NCBI GenBank assembly: GCA_965649765.1
Contig: OZ287749.1
Span: 39,556,001 to 39,620,000 of the forward strand
DNA: 64,000 nucleotides
From: Bispira polyomma
Taxonomy: Eukaryota
Direction: 5' to 3'
Below, in pieces: positions 1-17,640 of this stretch (the first letter of the stretch is position 1; each line of letters begins with the position of its first letter). A program made the position numbers and the translations under genes. The notes under the pieces were generated by a model that ran no database searches, was not told where the DNA came from, and worked only from the letters and a program-made list of their open reading frames with translations.

Positions 1-392
1 AGGTACTCTTTATTATGTCTATCGGCAGTAACGGGTACTCTTTATTATTTCTATCGGTAGTATCGGGTACTATTTATTATTTTTATTTGCAGTACCAGGT
101 ACTCTTTATTGTGTCGAGCGACAGTACCAGGTACTCTTTAATGTGTCTAGCGGCAGTACCAGGTACTCTTTATTGTGTCTAGCAGCAGTACCAGGTACTC
201 TTTATTATGTCTATCGGCAGTACTGGGTACTCTTTATTGTGTCTAGGGGCAGTACCAGGTACTCTTTATTATATCTATCGGCAGTAACAGGTACTCTATA
301 TTATGTCTATCGGCAATACCGGGTACTCTATATTATGTCTATCGCCAATACCGGTACTCTTTATTATGTCCATTGGCAGTACCAGGTACTCG
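1..392. repeat. 32-bp minisatellite, about 12 copies, in a RIOK2 intron
   Basis: Unit GGTACTCTTTATTATGTCTATCGGCAGTACCA; GGTACT anchor at 2, 34, 66 and onward. Confidence 0.9.
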
Positions 393-622
393 TGTATGTA
401 GAGTAGCAAGAGAGTAATGGGCTATGTAACTAAGATCACCTTATGGTACTGCGACAACCCTAATCCAAGGTCATCATTAAAAGTCTCAAAACTTAAATGT
501 TGGTCAGACCATGTTCTTGTACATCCACAAGATTTAATGAATACTTTTAGAAAATAGAACTTCAGTTAACTTTGCAATACTGTTACTTCCCAAAAACATT
601 AGTGTAAAACAAAAAAGACTTA

Positions 623-5798
<5,176 letters not shown>

Positions 5799-7349
5799 GA
5801 TATTAATATTGTTGTTAAAGTTCTAGCATATCAGGTGTTAACCACGAATCAACCAAAACTATTGGTTTCAATACGTTCTAAAGCCTGGAGCTCCAGGTGC
5901 GGCAAGGTAGGGTAGGTGTTTTTGCTTACTGGAAATATTTAATAACGCAATGCTTGAATTGTTATGTATTAATACCATTCTGTTGTAGTGAAAGTTTAAA
6001 TCTATCCTATCAAATTAATAAAATTCCCCAATACCGTTCAATATTTTTTATAAATGGCTTAATTTATTAAGCAAATAAGACAAATTATGGGTTGCTAAAA
6101 TTGCTTGGTGATTAAAGGGTAAGCATATTATTATGTGGATATCCCATTGTTATGATTGCAGAAAGTAAAAAAGTATTTTACAAAAAGTAAAATAATTCAT
6201 TTCAGATGACCCTGAAAACCTGCAGCTAAATTTTATATCTCAATATGCTTGGAGTTAATTAGTCACAATCAGTTATTGATTCATATGTAGGTATTTAAAG
6301 GTTACCATGAATTAATACATCCAAGAGAAATGTAATGATGAATTTTGTTCATGATTTATAGCAGAAAAGCAAATATAAATTTATGTTCATGCAAGTATAA
6401 TGCTGTCCACCCTAAAATAATTGTATTCGGAGTGATTTACAAGCCTATATGTTAAATTATCTAATCAGAAAATATATGCATGTAGTAAAAAGTTTGCACT
6501 TGTAGTGTTACTGTATTTTAATATTGGCACAGCTTAAGTGTTTAAACATATTTATTTCCGATAGGTAGTATCATTAATCATATATTAAGTCACTTGCATT
6601 TTCGGAGACAACAGGCAATAGGAGAAAAAACATTTTAAGTGAGATAGCACATAATTTGAATACGTGAAGCACAAGTACAATTAGTGTTTACTGCAAATAA
6701 TTTTTAGACAATTACTGGAATCAGTAAGTACTGCATGGCTATTTAGTCTTGGATGTACGTTATTGCTATTTCATTCATCCTTGCGGTTAGAGATAGGTCA
6801 CCCTGTAAGAGACAAGTGAGAGTTTTGTTAACTTTAATCGTATAAGCCTGTTAAATAAGTCTATCTGAGCATGAACACTTATTGCTCTGTATACTTTGAA
6901 TCCATCGAGATAATCTAGAGTTTAGGCCACTGTATTTCATTTGTTACCTTGACTGTGTTGTTTTCTGTTATACATTCCACACCACAAAGGGGGATTCACT
7001 TGTTCCCTAATATATTTGAATATCGGCACAGATTTAAAGGGATTAACAATTCAGTTTTGTAGAGAGTTATAATGCTTTATTATTCTAGAGTAAAAGGAAT
7101 TATCATAAATATTGGTTTTTCCCCACAGATGGGCACATATATATATATATATCAATTCAAAAATACAGTGTGAATGCCGCTTATTCCATTTCCTGTCCTA
7201 ATGAAAATCAGTAGCCGTACAATATTGACCTCATGTTATGGTGGTGATACTTGGCTCCAGTCACAACTCCAGCTCAAACGTCTTCTGTAGCTGTTAGAAG
7301 GTACCCCTTGCCACAACAAATTGATTATTACTATGAAAGTACATTTGGT

Positions 7350-7660
7350 ATTTGTTATAGCGCATCCTTTCAAATGCACTTCCTCATGGGTAGCCAATAT
7401 GGGCATCAAGGTGCTTGAGGATGACCATTTATCAACGTCTCCAAGGATTTTTAATCTGCCACTGGAAATATTACTCAGTGACAGAGGACCGCCATTTTAA
7501 GTAATCATCAGAGTCACTAGGCAAACTTGTGTTCATATCTTGCCTAAGGATTTTATCCCACAAAATGAAACTAGTGGCCAGAACCGGGAATAGAACCAAG
7601 GACCTTCTGATCATCAGACCAACACCACTACTACTAACACCCTAACCACTAGACCATGGG
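7350..7660 (-). mobile_element. tRNA-derived SINE
   Basis: Minus strand begins TGGTCTAGTGG (A box) ... GGTTCTATTCC (B box), followed by a core containing AAAATGGCGGTCCT. A partial copy lies at about 40400-40480. Confidence 0.7.
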
Positions 7661-7854
7661 GGATCATACTAAAACTCGGAGAAGGTCTGGGAGATGCATT
7701 CAAAATTTCACGGGAATCTGGGCTGCCTCATAGACCCCTATAGGCGATTTTTAAGTCACCTCAAAGACTCCAGAGCAATTTTTACCTCACCGGGAAGCTC
7801 CAAAGGGAAGTCCGAGGTTTAGTATCTACACAACGGAAACCCTACCCAACAACA

Positions 7855-7895
7855 AATGCGCATGTTCAGTAATGTGCCATGTACTTCCTGTTTTT
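7855..7895. promoter_or_regulatory. Candidate promoter motifs upstream of the LysM gene
   Basis: TGCGCATG (NRF1-like) and ACTTCCTG (ETS-like) about 260-290 bp before the ATG at 8151. Motif match only. Confidence 0.4.
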
Positions 7896-8150
7896 GTGTC
7901 TTAAAAAATTATAAACAGAATGAAATAAAATAAAAAGTTAAATACTAACTAAATTATTGTCATGATTTTACATTATACATTTTTGGTTTGGGGATGAAAA
8001 GCTGCTTATTTTGTGGTTTTTATGTAAATAAAATTGGAAAGATCAATAATTTTACCCTGTTGAATATTCGGGCAGTGTTGATTATCACAATAAAATTCGG
8101 AATGTAAAATACAGTACAAAGTAATTCCAACGCTAATTATAGACTATAAA

Positions 8151-11100
8151 ATGACGAAGGTAAGATATGAGAAACTTGCCCTGTTATCACGATCTGATGC
8201 ACAAATACAAAATAGAGCTGCTGGGAAGGTTTACATTTTTGGAGCAGATGACATTGCTGAAGAAGAAATCAACACTGACCAGTCAGTAGACATGGATGAA
8301 TTACGTCCCCGTGGAAAAGCAATGAAAAGTAAAGCTTCAGAAAATACTCAGGAAGAATTTTTTATAGAAAAAGAAGTACAAGAAGGAGAAAGTATCCACA
8401 GTGTTGCGTTAAAGTATGGCTGTACGGTGTGTAATTTTACCTTCCATTGAGTATAGTCATAAATCATGTTTTTGGCGCAGTGGGGTTTTCGGCTTACCGC
8501 ATTTACTTTACACCCAATCACTGTATAAAATTAATTTTAAAGGAATTATTTTCACATTATAATATCCATATAATATACACATGCCTACCCAACAAATATA
8601 TATATTATTGTCTGCCTAAATAAATTTTAAATGAGTTTAAAGTACCAACACAGCTAAATCAACTGTGGTACTACCCAAAATTTGAGGTTGATGAAGTTAA
8701 TGATGATTAGACAGTACTAATGATTGGCTATTGGGCTGTATTGCGGTTTCTTTTCTGGTTCTCATATTATCTATCGTTCACATAAACTATTTCATAACAT
8801 AATTGTTATTGTTAATAAAACTTATAGGTAATATTTTAATCTAAATATTTACTATTGTTTGAAAATGGCGAAATGCTGTCCACTTTTTAATCAATATTAC
8901 CCAGTGACTTTGGTTTCTAACTTGTGGTTAAAATTTATCAGAAATACCTAAATGTATCTGGATATGAGTCTGATTTGTATGCAATCGAATGACCTCCACA
9001 AATTACCAGTGAATTGCCTTAACATTGTTTCCTTTTGCTCATATTTGTCAAATTTCCGAAAATTTCGAGCGAATCACTGCCCCCCCCTGTAGCCATCTGT
9101 GTGCTTTGGTTCAGAATAAACAAACCACTGAAAGCTAACTGAAACATATTTAGATTTTTTTTAAATGTAATGTTATAACATACAATTATTGTAAAAAAAT
9201 AAACTTACAATCAAGAAGCTCTTATGAAAACCTTTCTTTAGATACCAAGAATGCTGGGTAGTAACTGTTTTAAATATTTGTAAAATTTAAAGTGGAAAGA
9301 AATGACAACATTTTGCGAGATTTGGAAATACTCTATCGTTATCGCTCACACACGCTTTCAATTATCCCAGGTTGGGCATGCATACTCGAAATGCTGAATT
9401 TGCTTATTGTAATCTTTCAAAGTAGTTCAGATTTGAGTCCCTGAAGTATACCTTATTTTAAATTACCATTCTTTTAATCCAATTTTGCATTGAATAATTC
9501 AGGTAAACTGATTTTATTATTTTTCAACGATGTGTCTATTATCCTGAGCACGGATACCAACTCTCCAAGTTATTAAACCGACAGTCGGTAAATTTACTAA
9601 ATGTTGAGGAAACATTAATTTATTAACAAATATTTCCATACCAAAAAAGCAAGAGGATATTTATCGGGTGTAGAACTACTTACATTTGAAGAAGGTAATT
9701 AACGGAAATATCCAAGTAAACTATCGTCGTGGAGATCATCCGGAAGTACTAACTTCCATATGAGAATTTTTTACTGTCTGACCTTTGACTTGGCAAGAGT
9801 CAAAGGTCCAAGACAGGTAAATATCCTTATATGGAAGTTGCTATATTTATCTATGTCGGTAAAATAGAATGATGGTCGGTAAAATTTGTTTACTAAAGTA
9901 TGAGGATATCTTGCATTAATATATCTTATATAAGCCTAATATTATTATCGATGGTATTATTATATATAATATAATATGATGTTTTTATGAATATCTTATT
10001 AACATAAAAAAGTTAAAACTTCAATCCAAGCTTTTCGTTTATAGTCGGCACAATAATTTTGGACTAAAAATGCCGATGTATGTAGATTTTTAGAACAAAG
10101 TGATTCCTGTGTTAATGCCATGGTTTAAGTATTTTCTTTCTTGGTCAAAGGTCAGACATTGCTCATAACACATAAGACTTACCCTCATAAAATCAAAGAC
10201 ATCTGCGCCACTTTCTGTGGAGTGTGTATTTAAATATGAAGCACTGAATTTAATAAAATTTTACATAAGTTTAACAGCGATTTACTTATTAAACCAACTA
10301 TAATGATGTAATTTTAAAATTTCTGTGTTGCAAGCTTTTGAATGATACCTTATTTGTTAAAATCAAGCAAGAAATAATGATTTGGTTTGAATAAATACTT
10401 TAATCTTGTCAGTGTCAAAAGTGGCACGCCAACTAAACACCAATACAAGTATATGACAGTGTCTCAACCGCTTGCGTGATCTTTCTGATACTAATATTGT
10501 ATTGCATGCTTTACAAAAAAGTTCAATTCTTGTACACTTTCATATATGCCCATTTTTTATGATTTAATACCAATGAAATTCTTACCAGTTGCATGCAGAA
10601 TAACAAATATTTTGTATTCCTTAAACATTAAAGTATCTCAATTTATTAAAATTTAAGGTAAGCGACATTACAGTGAATTATTTGCACATTTAAGACTGTA
10701 TAGCGTGGAGAGTATATCTCAAACAACTAAATTCCATGAATGAGTCTTAATTGGGGTACATATTTCTCAGCTATTGGCCTTGTCAAGTATGTTCATGCTA
10801 TTGCACAAAGCTAAGTTAGGTGGTACTCCACAAATTTTCCATTGACATTGGCATGAGCTTTAATCGTAACCAGGAAATGCAATTTTGTAAAATTTGAATG
10901 TGTACAAATGATGTTTACAGTATTCTATTGTATGGGGATGATGTAATATGATTTCTGAAATACTGGGGCCAGATTCACTAAACCTTACAAATTAAGGCCT
11001 CTCTAAAATATTGATCAGGAATATGTGACACTAAAATAAAATTGCAGGTTACCCTTTCAGCCAAATATCAAAATTATTTTCAGTTGAGTAATGTAGCATT

Positions 11101-11771
11101 TTATGTGCCATGATTTAGACAAGAAAGTCATACTTTAAGGATCTACCAAGAATCTTGTTACAGTAATAATTTAAATTAAAATACTTTATAATAATTTAGA
11201 GCTGACTTTGTAAATAATTTTAATTTATAATACTTTTTTTTTGTTGCAGGTAGCAGAACTTAAAAGAGTTAACAATCTTATCAAAGACCAGGATTTCTTT
11301 GCACTGACTTCCATTAAAATACCAGCCAAACGTCATGGCCTTCTGTTAGAACTTGTAGAAAATGAGAAAAAGACTCAACATTTAGCGAGCAGTCATTTGT
11401 TAAATGGTGTGGATGACTACTCAGAAAATGTTTGTGATGTAGAAAGTGGTAAACCAGAACCAGAAATAAGAAAAGTCAGTATTAGAGATACATTTAGTAA
11501 CCAGGGCCGTGATGCTATGGACTTCCTACAAAAAATGGATTCAGATATCAGGAACATCGTGACTTCAACGAGAAACAGACTTGATAGTCTGGAAGAGGTG
11601 AAAAAGGTTCTCACTTGTAAGAGAATTTTTCCACTAAAAAAACAAAAACCGAATGTAGGTGCTGATTGTGGTATCAGGTGGTGGAGTGTAGTTATTGTGA
11701 TGTTTGTAATAGGACTAGTCACCCCTTTGTTCTATTTTGTATATTTTGAATTTCTGAAAGCCTCTAGCTGA
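8151..11771 (+). CDS. LYSMD3: LysM and putative peptidoglycan-binding domain protein 3/4-like, 265 aa, C-terminal TM helix
   Basis: Exons 8151-8426 and 11250-11771 (phase 0) join the LysM motif VQEGESIHSVALKYGCT|VAELKRVNNLIKDQDFFALTSIKIP. The C-terminus GADCGIRWWSVVIVMFVIGLVTPLFYFVY is typical of LYSMD3/4. Confidence 0.92.
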
Positions 11772-13143
11772 TGTTATATATATATTACTTTTATGTTGAC
11801 AATGATTGTCTTTTTAGGAAAATGTCATCAGGATAAAAAAAGACAACAAAGAAACAAAACCAGGTGTGTGTTGATTAATCTATTTAAATATTAGTAGCCC
11901 ATCTTTAAAATTGTACTAGGTTGTATATTTGGAATTTCTAAAATATCCAGCTGATATTATGTACATTAACATACATGTACTATATTTTGTAGCAGTTGTA
12001 GCAGTCAAGCTGCAAACCTTGTTTAATCAGTTGACACATAATGCCTGGCTCTTTTAAAAATGAGTCATTGGGATATAAGATGTACATTATGATCCTTAAC
12101 CTCATACTGTTTACAGCCAATATCAAAATGTTATTGCGAAGTTTGGAATAAATAAACAGTTGTCATCTAGAGATACAATATCTTGGTTTGACCTGAATGT
12201 CACCGTTGCGACATAAATATAGGTATGCTAGTATTATGTATATCAGAGTATTTTAATGATCGTGTGTAATACATTATTGGCAATAATTAGTAAGGAGCAT
12301 ATATGTATATATTTATGATTCACAGTGTCAAATACTTTGTTCTAAAGGTGATAAGTTTCGTTTTGTGATGCAGTATCTTCTACTGTATTTTATAGTGTAA
12401 AATGCCTTGTCAACTGGTATCATTGCATTGTAATTAAAGTAGCCAGTTTTTTTTCTGTAACTGTAGGCTGTAAAACTGTCTTTAGATGCCTTGTTATCAG
12501 GACATTCTTTTTGGTGTTACATGGTTACCTCTGTGACAGTAACTTGACTAAGGTGTGTGACAAATACAATAAGAAAACAAACTAAATGGCCTAAATCACT
12601 TTCAGTTTCTAAAATTGGTCCCAAACCCTGAGTCAATGAAACAAAATAGTTTACATTTTTTATAACAACTGCCTGCTCCAATCCCTTCTCTACAAGTCGT
12701 GAAAATCTCCTAAATTGACTGCATATTGAGCTTATTAAAGTTGGTTATTTGATGTATGTAAGTTGCCGCAGCTTCAGCTGTAAAAACATCATTATTCTAG
12801 CAGTTCAGCTATTCAAGTTTATACAGGTTAGAAGTTGTAATCTGCCATTGTCCATTTAGAACCGTTCAGATAAGTTTTAGGTTATAGTTTGCTGTGCTTT
12901 TGTTGGTTGGTAATATGACAATATGGATTTCTGTGATATGGTGTGATCTTTGTTGTGTCAGAAATGAGTTACTTTTGACGTTGCTCATTGGAACAAATGG
13001 AAAATTGGTGGTATAACTGTTAATCATTTTTTGTGCATGTAAATTATGAATACTACTGTAAACAAAAATATTAAGTATTCTGAATAATGTACAATATTAA
13101 AGTTACAAGTCCTGTTATATGGTTCAAATTAAGTACAGTATTT

Positions 13144-13350
13144 ATTAGTGTATGTACAGGAGCCATGTCACGGTTCTAGTGTTATTCATTAGTGTATGTA
13201 GAGGAGCTATGTCACGGTTCTAGTGTTATTCATTAGTGTATGTACAAGAGCTATATCACGGTTCTAGTGTTATTCATTAGTGTATGTAGAGGAGCTATGT
13301 CACGGTTCTAGTGTTATTCGTTAGTGTATGTACAGGAGCCATATCACTGG
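13144..13350. repeat. 44-bp minisatellite, about 4.7 copies
   Basis: Unit ATTAGTGTATGTACAGGAGCCATGTCACGGTTCTAGTGTTATTC at 13144, 13188 and onward. Confidence 0.9.
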
Positions 13351-13386
13351 TTTTCATATGAAAATTCTGTTTTTTTTTTCAGTTCC

Positions 13387-13560
13387 CTGGTTAAACAGAG
13401 AGTGATTATATGAACATATTATACACAAATAGACTTCCAGTCAGAATAAATATATATCATATCACGCTGATTCACTGGTTAAACAGAGAGTGATTATACG
13501 AAGATATAAAACACAAATAGACTTCTAGTCGGAATAAATATACATCATATCATGCTGATT
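13387..13560. repeat. 88-bp tandem duplication
   Basis: CTGGTTAAACAGAGAGTGATTATA... at 13387 and 13475. Confidence 0.85.
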
Positions 13561-16500
13561 AAAACCCATCTATATTTTACTATCTGCTTCACAGTTGACA
13601 TGGATATTTTATTTACAGTTAATTTAGGTGGCAATAGTTTTTGATCAAATAAAATATCCTAAGGTCATTAATCACCATGGAAACTTTGTGGAAAGGTAAA
13701 ATATATTCCCCAAGACAAAAAGGCATATATTATACTATACTATATATTTTGAGATGTGAAAAATTAACTGGCAAAACGTTGAGATATGAATAGTGCTCCG
13801 TCAATTGTCCTGACAATCTATGCAAAGTTTCCAGCAATTCCTTCTCTTAAGACAGTAGTTTGCTTGTAAGTTTTGAGGCAAGGTTTGGTTAAGTTCTGTA
13901 CGTTTAAATAGGAGTCTAGCCTTTACAGATTTAGTGGTTGTCACAGATGTTCACAGGCCTCTGTCTATATAGATTTTGGAGTGTATACTTACAAAGACTC
14001 GATATTTAGATTTCTCTTGATCACTTCTAGAATTTAATGCTGTTTTTTATTTTTGCTATGTACATGTGTTCCTCTTTTTCCTATATTAGCTCCTACACTT
14101 CTATTAATAATCTAGAACACATGATCAGCTTTCTGGTTGCTTTGAAAAGTAAATGATGTTCAAAGTATTTGCAAAGAGAAAAAATTGGCTTGGCAGTGGT
14201 GTAGTACATAAAATCTTAAAGGTATCTGTTAGCTGAATGCTTGAAAGGGTTTCACTGGGTAACTAATGATTTAGTACAGAGATACATGATTTAGTGGAGA
14301 AGTGTTTTATTAGTTGTGTATGTACACCTGTTGTTTTATCATTGATTTCAGTTCACCAATACACTTGTTTGGTTTACTTGCTGTCAGCATATGTCATCTA
14401 TACACCATGTACCTTACAGTATTTGTGTGAGTGCATTAGTAGTTATTTTAGTATGTTTATGGTAAATATATATAGATCAAGCTAAGCCCTAGTCCAGTCC
14501 AACAGTTATTATCCTTTAACATGCCAGCATGCTTCTTTACCCTGAAAAATTTCTTCAGCTCTGATGACTAGAATTTGATTGGTTGTGGTATACTATGTAG
14601 CCAAATAATAGATAGGCAAGGGCTCTTAATAAACTGTTGAAATATAATAGAAATAAATAAGACCAGTTGCTTTCAGTGATCACATTAAGAAATACAAGTG
14701 GTGAGCTGACACTTTGGGAGTCTTTATATTTTAGTGTATTTAGATTATTTAATGTACATCAAGATGTGACTGTAAAACACCCCCTGATATTTGATCAGAT
14801 TTGAGACATATCATGAGTTATTCAATACTCTGGGTGGTTGTTATATACCACAAGTATACTCTGCTTCTAATGGATTTTACTTCTATCTGTCTTCTTAGTG
14901 CCGAAGTGATGGTCTCCTACAATCAGGAAAATGTGAAAAGGCAAGGTTGATTATAACGTTTCTTAGGGTATGTATTTCTGAGTCAGTCTGTGTTTGTGAT
15001 ATATTTGACTTTCTATAAATTGAAATTAATTATGTTTTAAAAATAAGTTTTATAGAGTGGGACCTCTATTATCCAAACATCTGGGGAAAAGCAAGATTTT
15101 GTTACGGTTCTAAAAATAGAAGAAGCATTGTAGTGTAAAATAATGAAGAAATTAGAACTTGGAAGAGTGGAAATGGTTTGTTAAATCGAATATTTGGACA
15201 CTAGAAGTTAAGATAATAGAGGTTCCACGGCACATTTTAAAAGACTATGTCAAATGTACAATGTTCTTTTATATAAACATCATAGATTCTTACAAACAAA
15301 GAACTTGTGTTTGTCCAAGTCCGTATATTTCAGTTTGTGATGTTTAGTTGTTGATGACCTTTCATTTAGTGCTGTTAGTTTACCCTGTACATCCATAGAC
15401 AAGTGAACATTGTTGTAATGGTCTATGATTTATCATAAGTGGTAGACCAACAGTGGATTTTTAGTTTGTGCGAGTATCATACTTAGTATTACATAGTAAA
15501 ATGCATTTATTTTTATGTTGACTAACAAATAATGTGTTGTTAAGTTGTGCAATGGTGACTGGTTCATTGTGTATTTTTTGTTATTTCTTTTCCCTCAGTC
15601 AAAAGCTTGTCACTCTGACAATACATTATGTAAAAGTAGTAAACAGACAATCATGAAAATAGAAACAAAATACGACAAAGTTGGTAGAGATATTTGTAAA
15701 CACATTCACCATGTATTTTGTTTAAAACTTTACTATTTTAGATATATTACATTGTTGTGTTCTGTTTGAGCAAATTAAGATAATATTTTACAGAATGTCG
15801 ATAAAAAGTATTTATTATGGGACATTACTGCAGTGAGTTTTTGTTAAAAGCAATAACGTTAGCTTTTGTTTACTTTTCTGCATTCCTAATTAAGATTTAA
15901 AAAGTCCATGATTACCTGTATTTTAGGCTTTTAACCTGTCCATCAATGTACATGAAATGGTGAGCTAAAATGTTATATTTTAAGGTATATAGAGAGGATA
16001 AATGTATATTGTACATGTTGCAGCCTGAAAATTTAAAATACTAATCTGTGACCAGGTATGAAGTGAAAAAAGAAAAAACTAAAAAAAGTATGGGCTTTAG
16101 TGTGACGTATTGGACTTCCAGGATTAGTGGGGGTAGCTTTGAATAGATTTAGTAAGGTTATTTTCAAACGTCTTTTTGTAAATAGATAATATATATATTT
16201 ATTCTCTAAATATGTCGTTTTTAGTTGTCATTTAAAAATACATGTACATTATATATTTCATATTAGAGTTGCATCATGTACTGTTTCTGTGTTTACAGAA
16301 AAACAAAGAACATAAAATAGCTAATGTCTCGGAACCAAGTCAAAACAAAAAAGAAAAACCTTTAGTGAATTGACTTAAATTATAGTACTCTATGTATTCT
16401 TTCCTGACAATATGTTTCCCATTTAGTTTGTTTGAGGATATATTTTAAATATTGTACATTATGAAATCTGAAATATTTATGAGATTAAAATGGTGTGCTG

Positions 16501-16984
16501 AAAAGAAGACTTTGTTTCTATCGTGGGCCCAGGGGTCTTTTTTAATGAAATAACTTAAGATTACAATATGTAGAAGATAACAAAAACACATAATCATACA
16601 TGGTTGCCAATCCATTTTTATGAGAGGTAATGAAGACGCTGACATTATGTCATGAATCTGTGTCCGCATATCCATCTACATCTTATTTTATATGCATCAA
16701 ATTGAAGCATTTATAGAGCGCCAAATTGATGAAAAAACCTCCTGAACCGCTGAAACTACAGGTCTCAAATTTTGTCCAGGTACCTTGAGGAAATGGCACC
16801 ATTAGTTTATAGCATACAGATCAGCAAATTACCTAAGTCTACCAACATTCTTGAATGGTCAGATTTGTCCTGTGAGTTTTGGGCTTAAGGGAAAGTAAGG
16901 GTCAAAGGCAAATTTCCTATATTTTGGTACTTAATTTCACTTGCTTCATTGTTGCTTATTCTTGTGTTGTCTATCTCTTAAGTT

Positions 16985-17200
16985 AATTGTATTCACTGAT
17001 GAGGTGGATACTTTGGTTTAGCGTTGGCTCCGCCGCTGCCGCTGCCGTAGAGAGATTTTTGTTGTCAACACTCTCAGTGGAAAACTAGACCAGCTAGCTT
17101 GGCCAAATTTGCAGGATATCTTCATTGGGAGGTAAGCTTTTCTGCGACTGAAATTAGCCTCATTCTGAAAAACAAAATAACCACGTAGGGGAATATTTTA
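16985..17200 (+). mobile_element. Helentron/HINE-like non-autonomous fragment
   Basis: Short hairpin followed by CTTTGGTTTAGCG and a GCC microsatellite. Reverse-oriented relatives with (CAAA/CCAA)n lie near 17400-17560, 22660-22850 and 51040-51260. Confidence 0.5.
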
Positions 17201-17640
17201 TGTGGATAATAGAAGGTCAATAAAACAGAAGAAGGATCTTAATACAAACACACACCTGTTTTTGACGAGACGGTTTTAAACCTCCTAAAATCATAGGCCT
17301 TAATCATGCGAGTCAAAAACCTAATTGGTTAAAGTTCACCCTGACCGTATTCATACTTACACTGACTTTAAAGGACATTCAGCATATACTGCATATCTCT
17401 ACTAGGGACTCGTATTCCAAACAAGTAAAATAAATCTGCCCTTTAACCTGGATCCACTGCATTGACCTATGTTTTTGTAATCCTGATGACAAACAAACAT
17501 ACCAACCAACGCAGCAGATAACAAGGATGAAACCATAACCATCTTGGCACAGCTAATAAATTATTGTAGACTGCTTATATTTTCCATAAAATGGAGGGGT
17601 TATTGTGAGCACCTAAATTTGTCATACTGGCATCACTTAC

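Noticed and set aside
143-406. 87-aa ORF
   Set aside because: It is a translation of the 32-bp minisatellite.
6730-6802. Good minus-strand acceptor (TCTCTTACAG|GGTGACC) as the next CNGB exon
   Set aside because: Stops after a few codons in the required phase and has no pore-like sequence.
8530-10630. Possible Kolobok-like element in the LysM intron
   Set aside because: Shares blocks with 56690-56960, so it is repetitive, but I could not define matching termini.
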